Assembly: GCF_006345805.1 (NCBI RefSeq)
Contig: NC_043015.1
Coordinates: forward strand, 10,912,001 to 10,976,000
Direction of reading: 5' to 3'
DNA from: Octopus sinensis
Taxonomy: Eukaryota
Length of the DNA: 64,000 bases
Shown piece after piece: positions 12,978 through 24,000 of this stretch. A program made the translations under genes and the position numbers. Under the pieces are notes generated by a model that worked only from the letters and a program-made list of their open reading frames with translations, made no database searches and had not been told where the DNA came from. Positions within the stretch are counted from its first letter, which is position 1. Each line of letters begins with the position of its first letter.

Positions 12978-13806
12978 TAGAAGGAATTGTTACGGAAGAT
13001 AGAATATACTGGAAACTTTATTTATCACAACGACCGTTTCAGCACATGCTGCATCGCTACTTCGTGGATGGGAGACTATACTACGAATTACAAAGTCCTG
13101 TACAGTGTAGATATGTCTCTTCATATGATATTTCTTGGCTTCTCATTATATAACCGACGTTTCCTTCTTAAGCTTATCTAGATCATGTTGGCATTAATCA
13201 CATCTACAAGACGTAATTTAGGTAAGACTACTACCATTATGCTTCCATTTTCTATCTCTTATTCATCGAATACTCAACGAACACTGTGAATATGGGTATT
13301 CTTTGCCGTACGCCACCAGGTGTATACCATATCATTTACTATCTAACATTATATATCTTGATGTGTGTGGGTGTGTGTGTGGGTGGGTTATATATGTATA
13401 TGTCTAAGTGTATTCATGTATACTCTTGTAGCCACAGTAGGTGAAATTTTCACAATAATAGACTACAAAATGTGTAATTGCATGTATGGTGTAAATTCAT
13501 CAGAAACATTAGTCAGCAGAGGCTGACTCAATACATCAAACGCAGAGGATTACACAAGAGCATATATGTGTGCTAATTACTTACGGTATCATGTTATGGG
13601 TATATTTATTTTTATATATGCTACTTGGCATCCGAGTAGAGTTCATTTTGATGAACTCTGCCGATAGAGTTCATCATTATGTAGGCACGAAGAAAAGTTA
13701 TATTAATGCAAACAGGAAAAAATAGAAATCAAAGGTGAGTATATGTATATTTATATTAATATTCAGAAGTAACAGAGTGACTCAAGGTCTGAGTGTTTCG
13801 TTTGTT

Positions 13807-13851
<45 letters not shown>

Positions 13852-14011
13852 ATCTAATATAGGATAAAATTTTCGAAAAAGTTATATCAATTGCCAGCAT
13901 ATTAAAAAGCATTACCTTTAAAGGTTACATTTTATAACCAAGGGCAAAAGAAAAGAAAATTCAATGCCAAATATGTCGAAATTGACTTAATCGTCAATAA
14001 CCATAAAATTA

Positions 14012-14195
14012 TCAGAGTTTCACGTTCTTGTTCGCCGGACAGTTTTGTTAAAAAAATCTGTCCGACGAACGGGATCGTGAAACACTGAATAACAGCTTTT
14101 GTTATATTCCTGATGCTTTTAAATAAAGCAAGTTACTCTACCTCTGGTACTTGAGTACTATTTTTCCACCGTGTTTCTCATTTATGCGATTACTC
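14012..14195 (+). mobile_element. Palindromic PLE pseudo-LTR-like unit (family B)
   Basis: 14012-14042 is the reverse complement of about 14058-14088. The downstream part (tttaaataaagca..ttactctacc) matches the 12782-12933 unit. Ends at (TA)n. Confidence 0.7.
14058..14095 (+). ncRNA. Minimal type I hammerhead-like motif with variant core CCGACGA
   Basis: CTGT|CCGACGA|ACG-GGAT-CGT|GAAA|CACTGAA|TA^ACAG. Stems I and II are intact; stem III has a C.A mismatch. Confidence 0.55.
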
Positions 14196-14239
<44 letters not shown>

Positions 14240-14548
14240 CCTTTTATAGAACTATTCCTGATGTTTCAGGAGTGTAGCCGCACCCCCTTAGATGTTCGGA
14301 GAACTCAGATGTTTTTTCGGCTGATGAGTACGGGTCACTCGCATTTGCTGCAATATTTGCAGCGTTAATAAAGCTGGTCTGCGTACGAAACAATTGTACC
14401 GAAATATTGATCCATTTTTGTTGCTTATTTCTTGTGTATAATCACCCCGCATTATCTTATGGTTAATACCGTATAGATTTCTGGTGCATCTAAGTTAAGT
14501 ACCGCATTCATTTGAATTCAACAGAACTCACTTGAATCTTAATTGTTT

Positions 14549-14551
<3 letters not shown>
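14240..14551 (+). mobile_element. Solo PLE pseudo-LTR / retrozyme-like unit (family A) between two (TA)n tracts
   Basis: About 310 bp, non-coding, contains a canonical HHR. Aligns by eye with about 19840-20102 including the tail atcaccccgcatta...ggtgcatctaagtta...cttgaatctt. Confidence 0.75.
14315..14404 (+). ncRNA. Type I hammerhead ribozyme, canonical core
   Basis: Stem I TTTCGG(14315-20)/CCGAAA(14399-404); CTGATGA 14321-27; stem II GTACG/CGTAC with an inserted hairpin GCTGCAA-TAT-TTGCAGC; GAAA 14387-90; palindromic stem III CAATTG; GUA cleavage predicted after 14398. Confidence 0.85.
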
Positions 14552-14608
<57 letters not shown>

Positions 14609-16009
14609 AACTCATTCTGGAAAACTACTAACTCTCAGAATTCTCAAATCACGTTCTAATATCTCGTATCTAAAGTTTGTTTATCGGTTGAAAAAATGCC
14701 TGATTTATTAACCACGTCGAAACAGAAATTTCTATGATTTCCTTTTTAGCATATTAGATGAAATATGACAAAGAAAGAATAATAGCAACCATCTATGTTT
14801 AGGACTCTAAAATTGACTTTGTCTTACTTTCAGGATTGCTGTTAAATAAATATAGGCTTTGACTTGTGCTTATATCTCTATCCATAGTAATGAACATGTT
14901 GAACGGAGATAAAAAGTTTCCTCCATCTTGAACAAAATGCCTACATCTATGCAAAATTAAAAACTGAAATAAGACCTCCATAGCCAATGGATGGTTTCAC
15001 ATTGTGTAGCAGATTAACTATTATCTTGGCATCAAGACCATTCAGTTCAATATAAGTTCCCTCCAATTCTGTTTACTTAACTTCATAATCAGTTTGAATC
15101 ATTAGGAGCTGACTTTTTCTGAAATGATGTCCACATGAATTACACATACATTCACCATAGTGAGAACGTTGAATATTATAACCAAAAATTTCGAACGTTT
15201 ACCAAACTCCCCATTTACAATCGAAAACGAGGAAATCTTGCAATATACCCAGAGACAAGTCTGTTTGAATTATTCCACATATAATACAATTCTTAAATTC
15301 CAAAAATGTGAACAGCAAATACGTGTTAACCAACAGTGTATGTAAAGTTTTTCATTATCTTTCGCATTTAGAGATATTTATTTTACGGTAATATAAAATT
15401 CTTACGAAAGCACATCCTGTAAATCCTACAACAAAACTTTTTAATCGCAAACGGAGAATTAGAAAATACGAGCAATGTTGTAAATTGAATGATTGCTATA
15501 AGGAAATAAAATAATAGTTCATATCATTATATAGAAGTTCCATGCAAGCTTTCACTGCTAAAGTTACAAATAAATTTTTTAATCTCCTAATATTAAACAA
15601 AAAATTTGGTTTAATACGTATTACATTAGGAAAGTTATAACGTAATTTATACATTTATATTAGTCATATAAATTACATGTTGATGACAATGCGAGAGAGT
15701 GACATCTGGCGGCAGGAAATCAACATTTTACTCAGGAGTGTGCGGATACATCATGAGGACGTCTCATCTGGTCACCAGTATCTTATTTAGAAACGCTGGT
15801 GTAATCAGAATGGCTGTAGATAACGTTATCATAAGTATATGTATTTCTAAGTCATGCACACAGCAAACCACTGATGGAGGCAATATAGTACTAAGAAAAA
15901 AATTTTAGGAGACGCTTGCACGAAAGAATATCTGACCATTAAATATAATATAGACACGCACATACACATGTATGTTTATGTATGTATATAAATATATATA
16001 TATATATAG

Positions 16010-16046
<37 letters not shown>

Positions 16047-16260
16047 AAATATATATATATACATAGACATATTTAGCAATGGGTGCAGGTTCTATTTTTA
16101 ACTTAACTGTAAAAGAAATGTAACTGCTTATAGAGCCAAGGGCCTCACCGCCAGAAAACAAATTTCGAATAGATATGGTTTCAAATGCAATTGTATCAGC
16201 ATTACATTGTAGCAAACTAATATCAATGTAGCATGTTCCAAATACTCTGGTAATGTATCT

Positions 16261-16412
16261 GGCGTAGGCGTGGCTGTGCACTAAGAAGCTTTCTCACCAA
16301 GTACATGGGTCACGACTCAGTCCCACAACGTGGAATTTTGTGCAAGTGCCCTCTACTATAGAATCGGGCCGACCAAAACATGGTGAGTGGATTTCGTAGA
16401 CGGAAACTAAAA
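16261..16412 (+). mobile_element. tRNA-derived SINE family 1, 5' part
   Basis: Diverged match to 20134-20295 (tggctgtg...gcaagtg..ctactatag..gggccgacc..gtgagtggatt..gtagacggaaact.aaagaa). Confidence 0.75.
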
Positions 16413-16683
16413 GAAACCCGTCCTAAATGGTTGTTTTAAGAAACAAAATTACGAAGATATATAGTCTCTTCAATCGAAATCAACGCAAATCTTGGAACGT
16501 ACAAAATCACTTCCAGCAGAATTATAATTCGGAAAATAAATTCATGTCATATAAACACATTACAGTTTTATGCACACCATAAGTCTCTATAACTTTGAAT
16601 TAACGAAGCTACGGTGCATCATTCAATATAATAATGGAATATAACTTTCATGAAAAGACCAGCAGATTTAGGGAAGGAACAAA

Positions 16684-16838
16684 GTCGATTAGATTCAGCT
16701 GGTACTTATTTTATCGACACCGAAAGGATAAAAGGCACATTCGACCACACCAGAATTTCAACTCATATTGCAAAGACGAATGACATACCGGTGAGCATTT
16801 TTTCCCCGGTGTGCTAACATTCTGTCAGCTCATCGCCT
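16684..16838 (-). mobile_element. tRNA-derived SINE family 2
   Basis: The reverse complement matches 37651-37800 (gagctgacagaatgttagcac..., cctttcggtgtcgataaaataagtaccag). Confidence 0.75.
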
Positions 16839-17620
16839 TGCTTTTGTGAAGAAGTATTAGAAATGTCATAATTTTATTGAAATTATTACCTTACATAAAG
16901 TAAGGTAGTTGTTCTGGATTCCATTATTTCTTTTAACACCTTATAATAGTATATGCAGCAACGTACTACCGTGTTTAGGATTAAAACATCCGTTACGAAT
17001 TATACTTAGAGGTACACTTCCACAAAATGTATATATGTATGCACTCTACTTCGAAGAATTACCCTTTTCATGTTACAGATAAGGAAAAGTAGTGATCATT
17101 CTTGATTTAGCCTGTTTCAAATACAGAAATGCTCCCTGTAATTAATAACGCCTCTCATACTTCTCTTTAATAACTTATTTACGTACTGATACGCTTTTAC
17201 TGTTTTGCTTTTAAGTAATTTAAAATGACTTTTCCATGAAAAGATAGTATGTCGACAAAAACAAGACGTAATTTGTCACCAAGTGGCGCCATTGCTTTGA
17301 GTAATTTTTTATACGTTAATACGTTCTCTACGTGTTTAATGCTGGAAGTATTTTCATTTGCTTCATTTATAATGCATATATTTGTCTTAGTTTTGCTTAC
17401 ACGTAATTATCTTTGTTATATACTTTTATTTTTGTTACTTTTCAATTTCTGTGGTTTTTCCATCTAAAAACTTGCCTTATTTGATTTCTAAGCACTATTC
17501 AACAAAGTAGTCACACACAGACACATACACATACGCACACATACGTATATGATATATACGCAAATGTATATGTGCGTGTGTGTGTGTATGTGTGTATGTG
17601 TGTTTGTTCGTGTGTCGATG

Positions 17621-17653
<33 letters not shown>

Positions 17654-17654
17654 C

Positions 17655-18035
17655 AGTGTGGAATCCCTATCTTGCTCACCACAAAAATCCCAGGAAACTG
17701 TCCTGAAACGTGCACCATAACGAATACTCACCGTCAGACATCTGGCAAATGGCTTGGTTGACACCATCTTTCCAACAACAGCCTTGGGCACCTGTTTCAT
17801 TTCGACATGACTAACACTCATGGACATGCTTAGAAAATCAAAAATATGGCACAGCACCCATGACTTTCGGAAAGTTTCACCACGGTCAGAATTGCTGAAG
17901 CATGGAATAAACTTCCCGCATCAGTTGCTCGCTGTCGAGAGATTACACCCTTCGAAAACTTCCATGTTTCCTGAAATCCGGCAACAGTACACCTGATGGT
18001 TTAATTCTTTCTCTTAGTTGTAGTGCACCTGGGCA
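17655..18035 (+). mobile_element. CR1-clade LINE 3' fragment
   Basis: Remnant translations VWNPYL..., GHA*KIK..., VRIAEAWNKLPASV (RVxxxWNxLP), followed by a short 3' UTR and (TA)n. Confidence 0.65.
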
Positions 18036-18041
18036 CTGTAT

Positions 18042-18102
<61 letters not shown>

Positions 18103-18130
18103 CGGGAAAGAAGCAACAAGAATGGATAGT

Positions 18131-18221
18131 TTTTAGTACAATCGTTTCATACAAGGACAGGCTTTATTAAAAGTTGTAAAAATTACAGCATATAAACGTG
18201 TCCCGTACTCATCAGCTAAAA
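18131..18221 (-). ncRNA. Type I hammerhead ribozyme (inverted copy)
   Basis: Minus strand: TTTTAG|CTGATGA|GTAC-GGGACA...TGTCC-TT-GTAT|GAAA|CGATTG|TA^CTAAAA. Confidence 0.8.
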
Positions 18222-19863
18222 TACATGTGAGTTCTCTAGACATCCTAGTGGTTGAGGCTATACTCATGAAGTAATGTAGATAATTAAGTAACATAAACTA
18301 TGCTCCATGGAGACGTATGAAATTCTAAAGCATAGAAAACATAGAAACTTATTGAATAACCATATCGAACTAGGTCAAGTTTGTGTCCACGCTAAATTGA
18401 AGACTTTAAAATATTTTAAACTAGATAGATAGATATAACTTGATTTCTACTAGTATAGCACTGCTTTATAATAGAATAAGTTCTCACACTACAGTTATCT
18501 TTTTCCTTATATCTGATTCAGTTTTTTTGAGAACAGGGAAATGAATAGTACTTATACGCTGCTTAATTGAGGCTTTATTTAATTTCAAACTCATAATTTT
18601 TAAATTCTTAATTTAAATCTTAATTGTAATTTTTAATTTTAATTCCTAACTTAATCTAATCTAAGTAGCATAACTCTAATAAAATAAAATGAGTTACTAT
18701 AGCCCCATAATTCTATTTCAAAATTAAATAAATAAGGCTACCCCCTCGGTGATAATATGATTATCTTCATTATGATAGACAATCCCCTTACACCTTGTAA
18801 ATGATCTTCTAAGATTTGACCTGTAGTCCGGCAATGTATGAATAATAACGGCAACTCCTTAAGACAATAAAATGAATAAATTAAATAAGTAAATTTTAAT
18901 GACTTTTTGATAAGATTATACTTAGATTTTCCTAATGTATTCCTTTGATTTTAGCATCTGACCCCTAAACCCCTGACTGTGTTATCTCTTTAGATTCTCT
19001 TTAAATTCATAGCTGATTTCAACAGCAATAAATAGCTGTTTTACTGGTCAAAGAATAATATTCTCCTCTAGTTCCTAGATGCCTGTAAATTAAAACCAGA
19101 CTTGCCGTCTACTAATTCTTCTGTATAACTAGAACCTCTTTTTTTTTTTCTTTTTTCCCTTCTTTCCCTATTTCTTTCTCTTTTCTCTTTTTTCTTTTTC
19201 TTTTTCTTCTTCTTATTCTATTTTTCCTTTTTCTCTTCTCTTTTAGTCCCCTTCCCCCCTTTTTTGCTCCCTCCTCCTTTATTTTCTCTCTTTTCTTCTA
19301 TTCCCGTCCCTTTCTATTATTTGCCTCTCTAGAAAGCCCTCAGCCTTTAAAAGTTAAATAGCTACAGCCTCTTGTAAATAGCAGTAATGTGATTAATGTG
19401 GCAAATACCTAATCATATAACAAGAATTGATACCTACCTATTGTGTTCAACCACTGATAAATTTATCGCCTGTGAATATGAAATTCCTCTTCATTTCTCT
19501 GGAAATTTACATCTACACCATTGGAGATTGTGCATCTATACAAAGGATTAATTCACCCTCTCTGTAATGCTAATAAGCAGGAATTTAGACCCACCTCGTT
19601 GTGATTAACAATGGATAAATTTGTCTTCTGTGAGTATGTAATCCCTCATCATATCTCTGGAAATTCATATGTGCTCTATGGATTAGGTCACCTTCTCTGT
19701 GATGTTATTAAAACTTTTTTAAAATTCTGTGATAAGACTGTACATCATCTTTAAAGAACTGTAATGAACTTTGGAAATCTGTTTATGTTTATGTTACTTA
19801 ATTATCTACATTACTTCATGAGTATAGCCTCAACCACTAGGATGTCTAGAGAACTCACATGTA

Positions 19864-19954
19864 TTTTAGCTGATGAGTACGGGACACGTTTATATGCTGT
19901 AATTTTTACAACTTTTAATAAAGCCTGTCCTTGTATGAAACGATTGTACTAAAA
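19864..19954 (+). ncRNA. Type I hammerhead ribozyme
   Basis: Stem I TTTTAG(19864-69)/CTAAAA(19949-54); CTGATGA 19870-76; stem II GTAC/GTAT (G.U at its base) extended by GGACA/TGTCC; GAAA 19937-40; stem III CGATTG; GUA cleavage predicted after 19948. Confidence 0.8.
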
Positions 19955-20101
19955 ACCTATCCATTCTTGTTGCTTCTTTCCCGCTTATAATCACCCCGCA
20001 TTACTGTATTGTTAAAACAGTATAGTTTTTTTTGGTGCATCTAAGTTAGGTACCATATTCAAGTAAATTCATTTAAATTAACTTGAATCTTTATTGCTTT
20101 T

Positions 20102-20133
<32 letters not shown>

Positions 20134-20135
<2 letters not shown>

Positions 20136-20304
20136 CGCAGGAGTGGCTGTGTGGTACGTAGCTTGCTAACCAGCCACAGGGTTCCGGGTTAAGTCCCCCT
20201 GCGTGGCATCTTGAGCAAGTGTCTTCTGCAATAGCCCCGGGCCGACCAATGACTTGTGAGTGGATTTTATAGACGGAAACTGAAAGAAGCCTTTCGTATA
20301 TATG

Positions 20305-20343
<39 letters not shown>

Positions 20344-20552
20344 TTGTGTGTCTGTCTTTGTCCCCCTAGCATTGCCTGACAACCTATGCTGGTGTGTTTA
20401 CGTCCCCGTCACTTAGCGGTTTGGCAAAACAGACCGATAGAATAAGTACCGGGCTTACAAAGAATAAGTCCCGGGGTCGATTTGCTCGACTAAATGCGGT
20501 GCTCCAGCATGGCCGCAGTCAAATGACTGAAACAAGTAAAAGAGTAAAAGAA
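20134..20552 (+). mobile_element. tRNA-derived SINE family 1, full length, with internal (TA)n(TG)n
   Basis: tRNA-like head with A box (gtggctgtgtgg) and B box (gggttaagtcc), central domain, internal microsatellite, and LINE-like tail gcggtgctccagcatggccgcagtcaaatgactgaaacaagtaaaagag. Colinear with 48573-49053. Confidence 0.9.
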
Positions 20553-20877
20553 TATATATATATATATGGGACACGGCATATATAATGGACATTACTTATT
20601 CCGTTATTGTAGTAAATTTGATTCAGATTTGTTTCCAGTATCCAGTATAGATTCGTTATTGGTGGGTTTTGTACAAAATAAATATTAAGTTTATAATAAT
20701 ATATAGTCATTGAATTAATAAGGCAAGCGATATGAATAAGAGAGGGTTAAATACAAATATTTTATAAACAATGTATATGCATGGTAAGTAATTAATATAA
20801 AATAATGGGAGAATCATAACGGGTTAAACAGAGTAAAGTGAGAAAGGTGTTAATAAGCTATTAAACAATTTAAAAAA

Positions 20878-20909
<32 letters not shown>

Positions 20910-21099
20910 ATGTGTGTGTGTGTGTGGTGTGTGTTTGTATGCATATATGTATGTATCTAAGTATGCCTGTATGCATGCAGGTATGTTAGGTTGAGAGATA
21001 GGGTTAGTGTTATTGGAAGGTACATTTTTTAATATGGCCCCACGTTCGGTCGTTTTATCTCCGAAAACAAAGGCTTGAACCAAATGCTATATACATAAA

Positions 21100-21620
21100 T
21101 GTTCTGTTTTCTAGACAGAATTCTAATAGAGATCGCTTTATGTTATAATAGCTTGTGGGAATCCATGAAAATTGCACTTTTTATGTGAATTCTTCTTGTA
21201 TTTTGATTCCATTACGTTTGACTTTTCACAATATTGTCTAGCTTTGTTGAAAATGTTTATGATAAATGAGGTCGAAAACGGATTACGTTTATTGAAAATA
21301 CTTCTCATACTGATGAAGTTATGATACGTGCACCAAATAATCTCAAACTTTGTCTTTCCCCAAGATCATTTTTGAAATTAAGCAACGGTTTGTTTTTTGT
21401 TCATATTTTGTCGTCGTAGTCAAATCCATTCTCCAAGTTCCTTTTCAAATTCTGACCACTGTTGATCTCTAATTTTATTTTATTTCATCACATATCTCTT
21501 TTCCCAGTTTCACGAATTGTCTTTTACTTTCGCTTTCACTCAACCTTCTGTCTCTTACTCTCGGTGTAGCGTACAATTAAATGCCATCCATTTCTCACGA
21601 CGCAAATGGTGATTTCCTAA
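21100..21620 (-). mobile_element. Possible pogo/Tigger transposase relic (CENP-B-type HTH)
   Basis: Minus strand gives QQWSEFEKELGEWI*LRRQN, resembling the ExxLxxWIxxxR motif. The rest is too decayed to confirm. Confidence 0.35.
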
Positions 21621-22379
21621 TTGATATTTTTAGTTCATTAATGTTCATTCATGCTGGATGTGTCTTATCTGTGTGTTTCGTTTTATTCTTTCAGTATTTT
21701 AAGTATTTGTTCTGCATTCAACTTTAGCCGGCATCACTATTTTTTATTTTGCTACGTCAAATAGTAGATTTCATTTCACAGTAATAGTTGTTTAAATGTA
21801 AACTGAGTGCAATATTTGAAGTGCACAAAGTTTAAAGAAGTGTAAAGGGGTAATAAAATTCTTTGGCTATCATGAGTAAGAAATGCTGCAACAGAAATTG
21901 CTGAGAGCTGAAAGTGCCGAGGAAAAGCATTTAGCTATAAAATTGCTAATATTAAGACGGATAGAAACTGGCGAACGCCAATTTCAATTGAGTTAAACTT
22001 GGCTACATTGAATTTCTACAGTCATCATAAAATATGATCTTGTCTTAGAGATCTCATTATAGCTAGAGACGTATATTTAATGTGGAAAATGAATAAACCA
22101 TTGGTTTATGGGCGCATGACCGAAAGGTACGACGTACAACAGAAACCTGCTATCAAAAGTGAAAATAGCAAGAATCATCTTCAGTTAATTATCCGGTGAA
22201 AATGCCATAACTTCTTAAACCTTCATAACCATCGGTTATTTATTTAATAGCATGAATTATTATTTTATACTTAAATTTGTACGTTTTCCATATGCATGTT
22301 AGTACTTCAAATACATATTTTGAATTGTGAAGGACTTTCCTGAAATTCATATTAGTATCATTGGCGGTAGGGTCTACCG

Positions 22380-22497
22380 CATCCAACTTGATAAAACAGA
22401 TTGTTTTCATCCAATGCCGATAAAACAGTTCTTTTTCTCATCCAATGTGGATAAAACAGTTCTTTTTCATCAAATGCTGATAAAACATTCCTTTTTT
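22380..22497 (+). repeat. Four-copy minisatellite (28-31 bp units)
   Basis: Units of the form catccaatgyNgataaaacagttcttttt start at 22380, 22408, 22439 and 22468. Confidence 0.85.
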
Positions 22498-22574
22498 AAA
22501 AAAGAATCTTATACCAAGAAGTAGAATTACACACCTGGCTTAGTGACGGAGACTATAGCCTAAAGTTTCTTCGA

Positions 22575-22915
22575 GATGTTGTTGCTGGCACTCCGTCGCT
22601 TACGACAACGAGGGTTCCACTTGATGCGATCAACGGAAGAGCCTACTCGCGAAATTAACGTGCAAGACACGTGTACCCTTAACGTAGTTCTCGGGGATAT
22701 TCAGCGTGACACGGAGTGTGAAAAGGCTGGCCCTTTGAATTACAGGCATAGCAGAAATAGGAAGTAAGAGTGAGAGAAAATTGTGGCGAAAGAGCACAGC
22801 AGGGTTCGCCAACAACCCCTGCCGGAGCCTAGTGGAGCTTTGGGTGTTTTCCCTCAATAAATACTCAAAACGCCCGGTCTGGGAATCGACACCGCGATCC
22901 TCTGACCGCAGCTCC
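22575..22915 (-). mobile_element. tRNA-derived SINE family 3
   Basis: Minus-strand head gcggtcagaggatcgcggtgtcgattcccagaccgggcg (B-box-like). Shares aagagtgagagaaa.ttgtggcgaaagag with 28625-28918. Confidence 0.75.
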
Positions 22916-23846
22916 ACCTTCTTCGAGATAATTCTTCAGAAACAAGAATATCAAGCTTGATATTAAGACCACCTTCCTTCATTTCACTTGTAAAGAAACG
23001 GTTTCAGAAAAAGATAACCAATTTTTGAGTTTTTTTTCATAAACTAACATAGCATGAAGGCCATACACTATATCATGTAACCATTTGAGGAAGTGATAGA
23101 AATAGTGCTAAAAAAATTTAAAAGAAGCAGTAATTACAAGCTAGCAATCTCATTCTAAACGTTTACGAATAACTGTATTATTAAGCAACCAGTAGTCCTA
23201 TCATGTATAATGCCAGTGAAGATGAAAAGGAAAATGCTACTACGAAATACTTATGGATAGCGTATGCAATTTTACCTTAAATTCTCTCCTTTGAAATGTT
23301 TCAGTATTTAGCTCATCCGGTATGAATTTGTAAACTAACTGTAGGGCCTGAAGGAATTATTATCAGAACATTCATCAGTAACAGTACAGATAAAAATATG
23401 GAAATCAAGCATCGTCTTATTAATGAAACTCAGAATATGTGAAAAACTATAGACGGATGTGGTATCTCTTTTATAGCACGTTCTGAATCACTTTTTCAAC
23501 GTAATTAATGATGAGCAGAGCTGTGAACACGTAATTCCACTGATTAATTTGAATCTAGATTGTTTAATACTTTTACATCATAATTACATACTAATGAACC
23601 GTAGTTTCTGATTTCAGCGTAACATTTTACAAAAAGTACAAAATCACGTTCGTGATTTACCTGAAAGTTTTTAATGTTTCTGGATCATAAATGCATCTCT
23701 AAGTTTGGCAGATGTTTTTCGGTGGTCATAAGCTTTATATATATAAATATATTAATAATAGAATATAAGGATAAAATCACGTTAAAAATTGTTATCTGGC
23801 AGTCAGCATATATAACATTTTATAGGCAAGATACACGATAAATTAG

Positions 23847-23916
<70 letters not shown>

Positions 23917-23969
23917 ATTAAAGTCTCGGCACTTCAAGCATGCTGGTCATTTTCGTCATTGCTCCTTTA

Positions 23970-24000
<31 letters not shown>

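Larger units (their letters stand above)
18098..20102. mobile_element. Non-autonomous PLE-type element with inverted pseudo-LTRs (family A)
   Basis: 18098-18298 and 19787-19988 are near-identical inverted copies (one 1-nt indel seen), each containing an HHR. The interior has no long ORF and has a polypyrimidine tract at about 19138-19320. (TA)n on both flanks. Confidence 0.8.

Noticed and set aside
15705-15718. CTCF-like motif (reverse complement CCGCCAGATGTCAC)
   Set aside because: A single short imperfect match, expected by chance or from TE ends; no independent support.
20134-20210. tRNA genes at SINE heads (also 28850-28918, 37651-37740, 48573-48640)
   Set aside because: A/B boxes are present but no complete cloverleaf or acceptor stem forms, and each continues into a SINE body.
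20600-20670. Hammerhead-like remnant on the minus strand (...ctggatactg-GAAA-caaatc)
   Set aside because: No CTGANGA core and no stem I or III pairing.
22380-22497. CRISPR-like array (units of about 29 bp)
   Set aside because: Units are contiguous with no unique spacers, there are no cas genes, and the context is eukaryotic.
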